64,000 bases of DNA from an uncultured Ardenticatenaceae bacterium (GCA_964643965.1 CAZXVH010000001.1:54980-118979), one strand, 5' to 3'; positions 10,795 to 20,659 are shown, counted from the first letter of the stretch. A program made the numbers and translations. The notes: a model not told the origin generated them from the letters alone.

Positions 10795-10999
10795 GCTGCC
10801 TCCTGATCGGATAACTGGCTTAAACGCCACGCCGGGCCTGGCTCCGCTGCGATTGTTTTGTCTTCATACACAAACAGCCACAGATGCATTTATCAACGAG
10901 ATAATAAAAGGCGAGAATCTCAATAAGATTGGGGTTCAACATGCTGCTGGGCACAAGTTCAGGCTAAACAAGATTTAAATCACGAGGAGGTGATTACTT

Positions 11000-11197
11000 T
11001 TGCCTAAGGTAGAATTACGCTCTAACGAGTCACAAGAGCAACTACTGCGTCGTTTTCGCAAAGAGGTCATGAAAAGCAAGGTTTTGGCTGACGTGCGTCG
11101 CAAACGATGGTTCGTCTCTAAAAGCGAACTAAAGCGCATTAAAGACAAAAAGGCTGCCCGCCGTCAACGTCGGACGCAAAAGCGTAAGCCAACTTGA
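11000..11197 (+). CDS. rpsU: 30S ribosomal protein S21
   Basis: TTG start with GAGGAGG RBS (10984-10990); 65 aa basic protein, LLRRFRKEV...RKRWFVSKSE typical of S21. Confidence 0.9.
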   Translation: MPKVELRSNESQEQLLRRFRKEVMKSKVLADVRRKRWFVSKSELKRIKDKKAARRQRRTQKRKPT

Positions 11198-11225
11198 TCT
11201 TCCTCGTTTAAAACGTTTTAACTGA

Positions 11226-11257
11226 TCCCCGGTCAATTCATTGGCCGGGGATTTTTT
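11226..11257 (+). terminator. Rho-independent terminator after rpsU
   Basis: TCCCCGG...CCGGGGA stem followed by TTTTTT. Confidence 0.7.
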
Positions 11258-11305
11258 ATAGGGCGGAGCCGTTTTCATTCATTCGGCTCCCCAGCCAAAG
11301 AGATG

Positions 11306-11614
11306 TCAGGCGATTAACGTTTTGGCTTCGTCGATCCAATCTACCGGATCCGCCTGCCAGTCTGCTAACTTGGCGGCTTCTTTCACCTGGGCCGGTTCAG
11401 CGGTGGCCAGCTTTTGGAAACTGTCGATGCCGGCCGCTTGCAGCCGGGTGGCAAAGGTGGGACCAATGCCGTTGATCAGCGTCAGGTCATCGGGCTGGCT
11501 GGCGATTTTTTCCACCATCACCCCGTTGTGACTGCCGCTGAGCCGTTCAAAAACCAGGTTCACCATACCGGCCAGCACGGATACGAAATTTTTGGGTAGA
11601 ATCAAATCTAACAT
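11306..11614 (-). CDS. Small helix-hairpin-helix (DUF4332-like) protein
   Basis: Start moved to MLDLIL (AAGGAG RBS). LINGIGPTFATRLQAAGIDSFQKLA is an HhH motif. Confidence 0.6.
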   Translation of the reverse strand: MLDLILPKNFVSVLAGMVNLVFERLSGSHNGVMVEKIASQPDDLTLINGIGPTFATRLQAAGIDSFQKLATAEPAQVKEAAKLADWQADPVDWIDEAKTLIA

Positions 11615-11747
11615 GGAAGGCTCCTTTCTAATAGGTAAATTATCTAATCTATGACGCACTGCATCATTATAACATAAACGGCCGTGCTTATGAAAGCCAC
11701 TTACATTGTGTCGATACGATCTACAAGATCGTTTTACAAAAACGCCC

Positions 11748-12182
11748 CTATTTCAAATAGCCGCGCACCCTGGTCCCAATGAGTGGATAGGAAAAGTCAT
11801 TCCCTTGAAAGGAACGGACGCCACCCCAAATGCCAACGATGATAAACACGAACTGAAACAGGAAAAGACAGCCCATCATCAGGAAAGGGAAAAAGAAAAA
11901 GAACGGAGGTTCAGCGCCGGTAGGATCTACCATAAACATGCCGCCCATCATCAAGAAAAAGCTGCCCATATACAAAATAATGCCGCCAAACATCACGGCG
12001 ATTTGCGCCCCTTGCCAGGCGATGGCCTGCATACCCTGCTGCCGCACAAATTCAGATTTTTCCCGTTGCAGCAGCCAGATCAACACCGCCACGATCAGCC
12101 CCCACATCGGCAAAATAACAGCGCCATTGGCTAATCCGGCCATTATTTTTTCATCTGAACTTGGATATTTTTCTTCATTCAT
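11748..12182 (-). CDS. DUF4870-like integral membrane protein
   Basis: 144 aa, 3-4 predicted TM helices, WLLQREKSEFVRQQGMQA loop typical of this family (recollection). Confidence 0.6.
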   Translation of the reverse strand: MNEEKYPSSDEKIMAGLANGAVILPMWGLIVAVLIWLLQREKSEFVRQQGMQAIAWQGAQIAVMFGGIILYMGSFFLMMGGMFMVDPTGAEPPFFFFFPFLMMGCLFLFQFVFIIVGIWGGVRSFQGNDFSYPLIGTRVRGYLK

Positions 12183-12200
12183 AGTTGTTGCTCCTTATGG

Positions 12201-12256
12201 TGGTTGCAGAGTTGCAAGGTTGTGGGTTGCAGGATTGCCACTCGCCACTCGCCACC
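12201..12256. repeat. Heptamer-type tandem repeat block (GGTTGCA variants, then CCACTCG x2.5)
   Basis: Read directly: GGTTGCA GAGTTGCA AGGTTGT GGGTTGCA GGATTGC CACTCGC CACTCGC CAC. Confidence 0.8.
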
Positions 12257-12298
12257 AAATTATAGCAAACTTCGCCGATTCCGTTATCATAATCCGTT

Positions 12299-13954
12299 AT
12301 GACCACTTTGCTTTTTCCGGGACGACACCTGCTCAACACCAGCTACCAGGCGCACTATTTGCGCCGGATCGTGCAGATACCTCTAGATCAGCTTGTCTTC
12401 TGGCAGGGTCAGAACCCGGCCATCACCGAGCCAATCGACCAGATTGTTTTCGCCGTCACCTCTGCCAACCAGGAAAACGCCCGCTACAATCCCATCCCCT
12501 TTCACGTGCGGGCTATTGGCGTAGACCGCTTTGCCCAGGCGTTGGCGAACGCCTTTAACTGTCGTTACCGCATTATCGGGGTCCCCCATTATCCGCCCAC
12601 ACCCCGCTTTGCCCAGTTCACACTCAAGGAGATTGAAGCGCAAACCGAGGGCCGTCTGCGCTTGACGCCCCAGAATACGGTGGTCCTTTGCTCCACAACG
12701 GCCGTTATCCCTCTCTATCAGCAGGTGGGTTTCAGCATCTTACCGGCCGAGTTGAACGAGCCAGGGCGGCCGCCCACGCCGCTGATGGTGCTGCAAAAGC
12801 TCGTCGCCGCCGGCGAAGCCTGGCAGACCGACTCCAGTCTGCGTCCATTGTTAGCGTCAGCTACTTACGATTTATGGCAAGATTTCCCTGATGTGGTGCG
12901 CCGCATCTTGCGCCTGTGGCGTGACCCGCTGCTCAACGACGGAGGCGGCCTCACCGAGGAGCGCAATTACGCCGCCTACGCCTATGCCCTGAGCAACGCC
13001 GCCATCATCAACCTGAAATATCAAGACATCCGCCCGGCCATCCTGCCCGGCAAAATCGTGGATGAAGGCTGCGCCGATGGGGCTTTGTTGGCCCTCATCG
13101 CCCGCGATTTCCCCGATTCTGATTTGATAGGCATCGACATTGCCGCCGAATTTATCGCCCGCTGCCGGGAGCGCCAACGAGCCGGCGATTTTGGCGGCAG
13201 TTTTGTCTTCTTCCACCAGCGCAACATCACCCAGCCTGTTTTCGAGGAGAACAGCATCCACACCACCGTCTGTAACGCCACCTTGCACGAACTGTGGTCA
13301 TACGGTGAACAGGCGCACACGGTGCACACGTACCTGGCTTTGAAATATGAGCAAACCGCGCCAAACGGCCGTTTGCTCATACGCGATGTGGTGGGACCAG
13401 AAGAGGGGGAGCGTCCGGTTTACCTGTGGCTCAACCGCACGGATGGCGGCAATGACGATATTTTTCGTGACTGTGATGATCCGGCTGAGTTGGCTGCTCA
13501 CCTGGAAAGTTTGTCTACAAACGGCCGTTTCCACCGCTTTGCCCGTGATTTTCTGGCCGAAGCCAGGGCCAGCGGGCAGCGCGGCCCGGAAACGCAAATC
13601 GACTACCACCTGACCGAGATCGATGGCGAGCAGTACGCCGTCCTCTCCTTACGCGCCGCCTGCGAATTCATGAGCAAAAAAGATTACACCGCCAACTGGG
13701 ACAGCGAAATGTTTGAGGAGTTTGCCTTTTGGAGCTTCAGCCAATGGAAAACGGCGCTGTCTGACGCGGGTTTCCGCATTATTGAAAACCCCAATGAGCC
13801 GCAAACCGGCTCCCGCGTTTACACCAATGCCTGGATTGTAGAGAATCGTTGGGCGGGCAAAGTGGCGTTGTATGAGAGGGATGAGGAGAACGGCCGTTTA
13901 CGTCCCCTGCCGTATCCCCCCACCACCATCATCCTGGTTGGCGAAAAGCAATAG
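12299..13954 (+). CDS. Two-domain protein: degenerate nucleotidyltransferase-like N-terminus plus class I SAM-dependent methyltransferase domain
   Basis: 551 aa. The N-terminal FPGRHLLNTSYQAHYL resembles the G-R-F-x-P-x-H-x-G-H cytidylyltransferase motif but lacks the His residues. Central IVDEGCADGALL is SAM motif I. No clear RBS. Confidence 0.6.
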   Translation: MTTLLFPGRHLLNTSYQAHYLRRIVQIPLDQLVFWQGQNPAITEPIDQIVFAVTSANQENARYNPIPFHVRAIGVDRFAQALANAFNCRYRIIGVPHYPPTPRFAQFTLKEIEAQTEGRLRLTPQNTVVLCSTTAVIPLYQQVGFSILPAELNEPGRPPTPLMVLQKLVAAGEAWQTDSSLRPLLASATYDLWQDFPDVVRRILRLWRDPLLNDGGGLTEERNYAAYAYALSNAAIINLKYQDIRPAILPGKIVDEGCADGALLALIARDFPDSDLIGIDIAAEFIARCRERQRAGDFGGSFVFFHQRNITQPVFEENSIHTTVCNATLHELWSYGEQAHTVHTYLALKYEQTAPNGRLLIRDVVGPEEGERPVYLWLNRTDGGNDDIFRDCDDPAELAAHLESLSTNGRFHRFARDFLAEARASGQRGPETQIDYHLTEIDGEQYAVLSLRAACEFMSKKDYTANWDSEMFEEFAFWSFSQWKTALSDAGFRIIENPNEPQTGSRVYTNAWIVENRWAGKVALYERDEENGRLRPLPYPPTTIILVGEKQ

Positions 13955-13990
13955 CGAGTGGCGGGTGGCAAGTGACAGGTAAAGGACACG

Positions 13991-14032
13991 CCACTCGCTA
14001 CTCGCCACTCGCTACTCGCTACTCGCCACTCG
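13991..14032. repeat. Six tandem heptamers (CCACTCG/CTACTCG)
   Basis: Read directly; overlaps the last 4 codons and the stop of the minus-strand STAND-WD40 gene. Confidence 0.9.
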
Positions 14033-17000
14033 TTAAACACGGCTCGCCGCGTAAATACTGCTCACATTCTGGCGGGCTGAGCGGCCGGGTGATGCGCTCC
14101 AGCGCCCGCTGGAACAGGTCATCTACCGGGCTGAGGTCGTTGATTTGGGCCGTGCCGTCAGCGCTGGCGGTGGCTAAACGGGCGCCATCCGGGCTGAAGG
14201 CCACGCTGTTTACGGGGGCGGTGTGGCCCAAAAGGGTGCGCAGCACTTGTCCCGTTTCCGTATTCCACACTTTCACGGTGCGGTCTACGCTGGCGGTGGC
14301 CAGCCGGTCGCCGGCCGGGCTGATGGCCACGCTGGTGACCGGCCCGGTGTGGCCGGAGAAACTGCGCAGCACGTCGCCACTGTCTATGTCCCACAATTTG
14401 GCGCTGCCATCACCGCCGGCCGTGGCCAGTCGGCTGCCATCGGCGCTGAAAGCGATGTGGTTGACCGGCCCCTCATGTCCCTGTAGCCGGATTATTTCTT
14501 CACCGGTGACTGCATTCCAAATAACGGCGTTGCCGTTGTCGTCGGCGATTGCCAGTTGGCTTTGGTCGGGGGAGAAGATGGCGATGTTAACGGCCGTTTC
14601 ATGGGCAAATGTCTGCAATAACGCTCCGGTCGATACGCGCCACAAGCGCACCAGGCCGTCGCTGCTAGCCGTCACCAATTGGTCGCCTTTTTCGTTAAAG
14701 GCCACCCAGTTGACCGCCCCTTCATGCGTCAGCAACGGTAGTTGCAAGGTCCCCGTCTCCAAATTCCATAGGCGGGCGTTAAAATCGGCGCTGCCGGTGG
14801 CTAGAAGCTGACCGTCCGGGCTGAAGGTGGCGCTCAATACTGGCTGGTTGTGCTGGCTCAAATTAGCCAGCACGTCACCCGTTTGCGTATGCCACACTTT
14901 GGCGGTGCGGTCATCGCTGGCGGTAACGACCAGTTGGCCGTCGCTGCTGAAGGCGACGGTGTTCACCGGGCGACGGTGGCGCGACAAAATCAGCACATCC
15001 AAACCCGGCTCGGAATTCCATACTTTGGCGGTGCTGTCCTGGCTGGCGGTAGCGATGCGGGCGTTGTCTGGGCTGAAGGTAACGGCCGTTACCGCCCCAT
15101 TGTGTCCTGATAAGGTGTATAAAGCCTGCCCGCTTTCAGCGTCCCACACTTTCGCTGTGCCATCGCCGCTGCTGGTCGCCATCAGTTTGCCATCCGGGCT
15201 GTAGGCCACGTCAAAAACGGCGCTGGCATGGCCGATGAGGTTGAACAGCAGCCCCTCATTTTTAAAATCCCAGACGCGGCTGACGCCATCGTCATAGCCG
15301 GTGATGATGCGGCTGCCATCGGGGCTGAAGGCCACGCCGGTGGCGCTGAAATTGTCATCCGGCTCCTCGGCCGGGTTGACCGAATAAACAGGGCCGCCAT
15401 TTTCCATGTCCCAGATGATAGAACGGCCGTCTTCCGCAGCGCTGACGAGATAACTGCCATCCTGGTTGAAATCCACATCTTGCACACTGTCGGCATGTCC
15501 AAACAGGTGGTAGCGGGAGCGACGGGCTTCGGTATCCCACACGCGCACCGTGCCATCGTCGTTGGCCGTGGCCAGGTGAATGCTGTCCGGATGGAAGGCG
15601 GCGGCGCGGACGGCGCCATCGTTGCCGTTCATGACGGCCAGCCGCTCATAATTTCCCAGGTCGTAGACAATGACAAAGCCATCGTTGCCCACTGATGCCA
15701 GGCGGCGGGTGTCCGGGCTGAAGGCCAGGCCGTTGACGACGCGGCTGTGGTCGGCGAAGGTGTGCAGCTCCTGCCCGGTGGCGGCGTCCCACAGTTTAAC
15801 GGTGTTGTCATAGCCGGTGGTGGCCAGATAACGGCCGTCTTCACTCATGGCGACATCGTTCAACCAGTCGGTATGGCCGGAGAGGGTCATTTGCAGCTGC
15901 GAGGTTTGCAGCGCCCGGTAGAGCGCCTCTTCCGATTCGGCGGCGACCATGTGGTCTACGGGCAGGGTGCGGTTAACGGATTCAATGGCCAGGAGCAAGC
16001 CCAACTGCGGATCGCTTTTGAGGCGGTCTACGGCGGCGGCGGCCAGTTCACGGGCGGTGGCCAGGCGGGCGTTGGCTTCGGCTTCAGCAGCATTGGCTTT
16101 GGCTTCGCCGGCGCTGGCCACGGCTGTGGCTCTGGCTCGTTCCGCTTCGGCGGCGTTGGCTTCGGCGGCGTCTTGCTGCGCCAGGGCTTCGGCTTCGGCG
16201 GTAGCTCGTAGATCGGCGTCGGCCATGGCGGCTTGTTGGGCAGAAACGGCCGTGGCCGCGCTTTGTTCCGCTTTCAGACGCAGCCCTTCCGCGATTTGGG
16301 CGTTATTTTGGGAAGCCATTTCGTTTTGCCGGGCAACGGCCCCGTTCCGCGCCGCCCAAAAGGCGGCCACCATCGCCAGTAAAAAGACCACCATCAAGGC
16401 CAGCGCTAATCGGGCCAGGCGGCTGGCAGACCGGTCGCTTTCTTGCGCCCGTTGTCTTTCTGCTTCGGCTAAGGCGCGGGCTTGTTCCAGTTCCCGCTGG
16501 CGGATCGCTTCTTTCTCCATCTCTTCCTGACGGGAGGCGGCGGCGCTGGCGTCAATAAAGGCTTGTTCCAGCCCATTCAGATCATGGTATTGCCGCGCCT
16601 CTTCCAGGAGCAGACCGCGCAGCAGCAGGGAGTCGGTGCGCCCCAGCGCCTGCCACTGTTCGGCGGTCGTGGCCAGGCGTAGCCGTTGGCGCTGAGCCAC
16701 GCGGGATTCTTCAATCCAGCCAATAAAACGGGGCCAGATACGCGCCAGCGATTCATGCGCCAGCCCCACCTGATCATTCTCCGGGGTAGTGCCGGGGATG
16801 AAGCGCATGAGCTGCGCTGCCTGTAATTGGTTCAAGACCCGCTCGAACTGTTCATCGGGCACGACAATGCTTTGGCGCAGGCTGGTTTTGAGCCGCCGGT
16901 CGGCGGAAATACGCCGTTCTACGGTGGGGCGCACAATGCCTAATAAGATTTTCTTGGCGGTTTCCTGGTCGGCGTCGGATAGATGGTCATAGAAGGCGTC

Positions 17001-18122
17001 GGCGCTGTTCGCCAGAGCGCCTTGTCCGCCGCCGATGCGCCGGTACGCTTCCCAGGTGAGGCGGTTGTGGTCACGATTTTCCCACAGCTTGAGCAGGGTG
17101 AATTGCAGCAGGGGCAGGGCGGCCGGTTTACCCAGCACCTCGCTAATGAGTTCTTCCACCAGGTTGTCTTCCAATTTCAAGCCCACCAGTTCCGCCGGTT
17201 TTTCGATAACTTCGCGGAGTTCGTTGGCTTTCATGGCCGTGACGCGCACCTGCGCTTTTTCATACTCCGTTTGCAGCGCCGGAATTTGTACCAATTGGCT
17301 TTCCAGGTCTGTACGCATGGTGATGATGACGGTGTGGCGGGTATGGGGCATCTGGATGAGGTTGAGCAGGGTGAGGATAAAGGAGCGCCGTTTCTGCTCA
17401 TCTTCGCAGATGGTAAACAGTTCTTCAAACTGGTCGATGACCAACACGGCCGGTTCTGCGCCCTCCTGGTCGATTAAATTAACCAGGTAGGTGGAATCCA
17501 GTTCGCATTGTGTTTGCACTTCTGTCAGCCAGGTTTGGCTGTCGGCGCCGGCCGGTTTGAGGGTGTAGGCCAGGCTCATCTGGGGGTTGACGCCGGGAAT
17601 GATGGGCGGGTAAAAGCGCCAGGTTTTGCTGCCATGCAAAGCCCCTTCTTGCAAATGGGGGATGAGGCCGGCCTGGGTGACGGATGATTTGCCACTGCCA
17701 GACGGCCCCACAATGGCCAGGAAGCGACTGTATTTGAGTTTTTCCACCATGTCGGCGATCAGGCTGGTGCGGCCGAAGAAAAGGTCGTGTTGAGAGTAAC
17801 TGAATGTTTGTAAACCGAGGTAAGGGCAGAGGGAGTCGTCTAGTTCAGGGGCCAGGCTGTAATCAAATTCAGCCAGGGTGGTGTCTGGGGCTTTGCGCCG
17901 GGCGTGGTAAAGTTCATTGGCCCAGTAGTCGATGAGGTTTTGGGCTTGCCATCTGTCGCTGCGGGCGTCGAGCAGCACGCCGGTGGCGGCGCCTTGCTGC
18001 ACGAATATTTCTACGGCGTCCAGAAATTCGGTGGTGTTGCCGTCTTTGCCGCGGCGTTCTAATAATTTTCGGTGGTGAGTGCGCAATGTTAACAGGGATG
18101 AAAAGGATTCGGTTTGGACCAT
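14019..18122 (-). CDS. STAND (nSTAND1/NACHT-like) P-loop NTPase - transmembrane/coiled-coil segment - 14 WD40 repeats
   Basis: CPYLGLQTFSYSQHDLFFGR then Walker A GPSGSGKSS, Walker B VLVIDQFEE. Ala/Glu-rich coiled coil with a hydrophobic helix LALALMVVFLLAMVAAFWAA. 14 units ending in WD/WN (e.g. GHTDWLNDVAMSEDGRYLATTGYDNTVKLWD). Confidence 0.9.
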   Translation of the reverse strand: MVQTESFSSLLTLRTHHRKLLERRGKDGNTTEFLDAVEIFVQQGAATGVLLDARSDRWQAQNLIDYWANELYHARRKAPDTTLAEFDYSLAPELDDSLCPYLGLQTFSYSQHDLFFGRTSLIADMVEKLKYSRFLAIVGPSGSGKSSVTQAGLIPHLQEGALHGSKTWRFYPPIIPGVNPQMSLAYTLKPAGADSQTWLTEVQTQCELDSTYLVNLIDQEGAEPAVLVIDQFEELFTICEDEQKRRSFILTLLNLIQMPHTRHTVIITMRTDLESQLVQIPALQTEYEKAQVRVTAMKANELREVIEKPAELVGLKLEDNLVEELISEVLGKPAALPLLQFTLLKLWENRDHNRLTWEAYRRIGGGQGALANSADAFYDHLSDADQETAKKILLGIVRPTVERRISADRRLKTSLRQSIVVPDEQFERVLNQLQAAQLMRFIPGTTPENDQVGLAHESLARIWPRFIGWIEESRVAQRQRLRLATTAEQWQALGRTDSLLLRGLLLEEARQYHDLNGLEQAFIDASAAASRQEEMEKEAIRQRELEQARALAEAERQRAQESDRSASRLARLALALMVVFLLAMVAAFWAARNGAVARQNEMASQNNAQIAEGLRLKAEQSAATAVSAQQAAMADADLRATAEAEALAQQDAAEANAAEAERARATAVASAGEAKANAAEAEANARLATARELAAAAVDRLKSDPQLGLLLAIESVNRTLPVDHMVAAESEEALYRALQTSQLQMTLSGHTDWLNDVAMSEDGRYLATTGYDNTVKLWDAATGQELHTFADHSRVVNGLAFSPDTRRLASVGNDGFVIVYDLGNYERLAVMNGNDGAVRAAAFHPDSIHLATANDDGTVRVWDTEARRSRYHLFGHADSVQDVDFNQDGSYLVSAAEDGRSIIWDMENGGPVYSVNPAEEPDDNFSATGVAFSPDGSRIITGYDDGVSRVWDFKNEGLLFNLIGHASAVFDVAYSPDGKLMATSSGDGTAKVWDAESGQALYTLSGHNGAVTAVTFSPDNARIATASQDSTAKVWNSEPGLDVLILSRHRRPVNTVAFSSDGQLVVTASDDRTAKVWHTQTGDVLANLSQHNQPVLSATFSPDGQLLATGSADFNARLWNLETGTLQLPLLTHEGAVNWVAFNEKGDQLVTASSDGLVRLWRVSTGALLQTFAHETAVNIAIFSPDQSQLAIADDNGNAVIWNAVTGEEIIRLQGHEGPVNHIAFSADGSRLATAGGDGSAKLWDIDSGDVLRSFSGHTGPVTSVAISPAGDRLATASVDRTVKVWNTETGQVLRTLLGHTAPVNSVAFSPDGARLATASADGTAQINDLSPVDDLFQRALERITRPLSPPECEQYLRGEPCLTSGE

Positions 18123-18292
18123 ATACTGCTATTCTCCTGACCTTTTGCTCAATTTGAGGCTGCTTGACTGTTTCAGGCAGAAGCGGCGCTCGGAGCGCAC
18201 AAGCTGCGAATAATACGGCAATCGGGTTCAATCTTCAACCTGTAATTTTTTTTAATCACAAAGAACTCAGCAATATGAGAATCAGTAACGTG

Positions 18293-18325
18293 AGAAGTTC
18301 AACTTTTGGTAAAAGTTAAACTTCT
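18293..18325. repeat. Inverted repeat AGAAGTTCAACTTTT-ggt-AAAAGTTAAACTTCT downstream of the RlmI-like gene
   Basis: 15-bp arms with 1 mismatch and a 3-nt loop; same word family as 6399-6413, 19662-19676, 52695-52709. Confidence 0.7.
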
Positions 18326-18329
18326 TGGC

Positions 18330-19604
18330 TCAGGGAGCGGTGGCGAAGAGGCATTTGAGGTAAGCGCCTTCGGGGAAGGTGATGGGGTGGTCAAGGGCGT
18401 GGGTGGTGCGGCTGATTTCTTGCAACGGCCGTTTCTCTCCCCGCGCCGTCTCATGCACCAGTCTAAAAAATTGGTCGGCGCTGAGTCGGCTGGAGCAGGA
18501 CGCCATCACCAGAGCGCCGCCGGGTCGCAGCAGGGCCAGCCCCAACTGCACCAGGCGGGCATATGCGCCCAGCGCCCGTTCTACTTCTGCCTGCTTTTTG
18601 GCAAAGGAAGGGGGGTCGATGATGATGAGGTCGAAGGAACGGCCGTTGCGGTGCAACTCCGCCATGTGGACAAAGGCGTCGCCTTGAATCAACTCGTGGC
18701 GGGCGGCGGCGACGGCGGGGTGGGCCATGTTGAGCGTGAAATTGTAAACGGCCGCTTCCAGGGCCGGTTTGCTCAAGTCCAGGCTGGCCACCGAGGTTGC
18801 CCCGCCACGAGCGGCGTACAGCGAGAAGCCGCCGCTGTAGGCAAAGACGTTTAAAACGCTTTTACCGGCGGCCATCGTTTCCACCCGCGCCCGGTTGTCC
18901 CGTTGATCCAGGAAGAAGCCAGTTTTTTGGCCGGCGATCACGTCAGCAGCAAACCAGAGGCCGTTTTCCTGGAACAGGACGGGGGCAGTGAGTGGCGGCC
19001 CTTGAAGCAGGAGTCCGTCTTGCAGGCCGTACAGTTCATCTGGCAGGCTGGCAGTGGAGCGGTTGAGGCGGAGGATGAGGCGGTTTGGGTGGGAGACGGC
19101 CGTTAATGCTGCCCCCACCTCCTGCAAATGGGGGATCCAGGCGGTGGTATACAGTTTGATGACATAGGTGTCGGCATAGCGGTCGATGATCAGGCCGGGG
19201 AAGCCATCGTTCTCCCCATGCACCAGGCGATAGCCGTTTGTTTGCTCAGTCAGAAGCGGTTGGCGGCGCTGCGCCGCTTTTGCCAACTGCGCCAGCCACC
19301 AGGCAGCGTCGATAGTGGCGGGACTGCCCTGGTGCAGTACGCGCACCCGGATGGGGCCATGTGGATCGTACAGGCCGACGGCCAAAAAGCGGTTTTTACG
19401 GTCGTAGAGGATGGCGAGGTCTCCAGAACGGCCGTTTCCTTTTTGTTTGCGGATGCCGTTTTCGTACACCCAGGGATGGCCCTGGCGCACAGCGCGTTCG
19501 GCGGCGGGGGTGAGGTGCAAGGCCAGCCGGTCTGGTTTAGGAATCTGTGCAACTGTGATAAGATCGTTTTCTGTCACTATGATAATCTCTCGCAATTTAG
19601 CCAA
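18330..19604 (-). CDS. Class I SAM-dependent rRNA methyltransferase, RlmI/YccW-like (PUA + MTase)
   Basis: 424 aa; GYRLVHGENDGFPGLIIDRY, VLNVFAYSGGFS (motif I), IIIDPPSF (motif IV). Confidence 0.8.
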   Translation of the reverse strand: MAKLREIIIVTENDLITVAQIPKPDRLALHLTPAAERAVRQGHPWVYENGIRKQKGNGRSGDLAILYDRKNRFLAVGLYDPHGPIRVRVLHQGSPATIDAAWWLAQLAKAAQRRQPLLTEQTNGYRLVHGENDGFPGLIIDRYADTYVIKLYTTAWIPHLQEVGAALTAVSHPNRLILRLNRSTASLPDELYGLQDGLLLQGPPLTAPVLFQENGLWFAADVIAGQKTGFFLDQRDNRARVETMAAGKSVLNVFAYSGGFSLYAARGGATSVASLDLSKPALEAAVYNFTLNMAHPAVAAARHELIQGDAFVHMAELHRNGRSFDLIIIDPPSFAKKQAEVERALGAYARLVQLGLALLRPGGALVMASCSSRLSADQFFRLVHETARGEKRPLQEISRTTHALDHPITFPEGAYLKCLFATAP

Positions 19605-19723
19605 TCGGCTGCGGGCGGCCGTTGGCGTAAAATTGGCGGTTGAGTGAAGATTGCTTACGTTAGAAGTTCAACTTCTTGGTAGATCAGGCAATAGTATGCC
19701 AAATCCAATGGAAACCCAAAACT

Positions 19724-20659
19724 ATGCAAGTAACCGTGACTATTCCGGCCACATCCGCCAATCTTGGTCCAGGCTTTGACTGCCTGGGCCTGGCGCTCAA
19801 CTTATTCCATACCGTTACTTTTACCAGTACGCCATCGCCCGGCCTGACCATTGCGGCCTATGGCGAAGACGCCCACAAAGTACCTGCAGATGAGAGTAAT
19901 CTGGTGTGGCAGAGCGCCCGGCTGTTGTTTGAGCGCCAGCAGCAGCCACCCCCGCCCGGTTTGCATATCCGGCAAGAAAATGAGATTCCGGTGGGTAGTG
20001 GATTGGGCAGCAGTTCAACGGCCGTTCTCGCCGGTCTGTTTGGGGCCAATGCCCTCATGGGTGAGCCGCTCTCCCGGGTCGAGGTGCTGCAAATCGCCAC
20101 CGACCTGGAAGGCCACCCTGACAATGTGGCCCCGGCCGTATATGGTGGCCTGATTTTGGGTGTGCAAACGGAGAACGGGCTGCTGGTGGAACCGATTGAG
20201 ACGCCGCCGCTGGAAGTGGTGGTGGTGCTGCCGGATGTGCGGCTGCTGACCAGTGAAGCCAGGGCAGCGCTGCCGGCGCACTTTTCTTTGGCGGACGTTA
20301 TTTTTAACAGCAGCCATTTGGCGCTGCTCATCCGCGCTTTACAAAGCGCCGACTATGCTTTGTTGGCGGCTGCCATGCAAGATCGGCTGCACCAACCGCA
20401 TCGCATCCCGTTGATTCCGGGCATGGCGGCGGCTTTTGCCGCCGCGAAGGAGGCGGGTGCAGCGGCGGTGGCCCTCAGCGGCGCAGGGCCTGGTTTGATC
20501 GCCTTTGCCCCGGGTGGACATGAGGCGATTGGGGCGGCGGCAGCGGCGGCGTTTGCCGGGCATGGTTTATCCAGCCGTCGTTGGTTGTTGGCGGTAGACA
20601 GGGGGGGAACGGCCGTTACTGTGCTGCCAGATGAGTGGGTGAATGTGGTGGAAATGTGA
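19724..20659 (+). CDS. thrB: Homoserine kinase
   Basis: Start moved to MQVTVTIPATSANLGPGFDCLG (GHMP kinase N-terminus); PVGSGLGSSS motif II. Confidence 0.85.
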   Translation: MQVTVTIPATSANLGPGFDCLGLALNLFHTVTFTSTPSPGLTIAAYGEDAHKVPADESNLVWQSARLLFERQQQPPPPGLHIRQENEIPVGSGLGSSSTAVLAGLFGANALMGEPLSRVEVLQIATDLEGHPDNVAPAVYGGLILGVQTENGLLVEPIETPPLEVVVVLPDVRLLTSEARAALPAHFSLADVIFNSSHLALLIRALQSADYALLAAAMQDRLHQPHRIPLIPGMAAAFAAAKEAGAAAVALSGAGPGLIAFAPGGHEAIGAAAAAAFAGHGLSSRRWLLAVDRGGTAVTVLPDEWVNVVEM

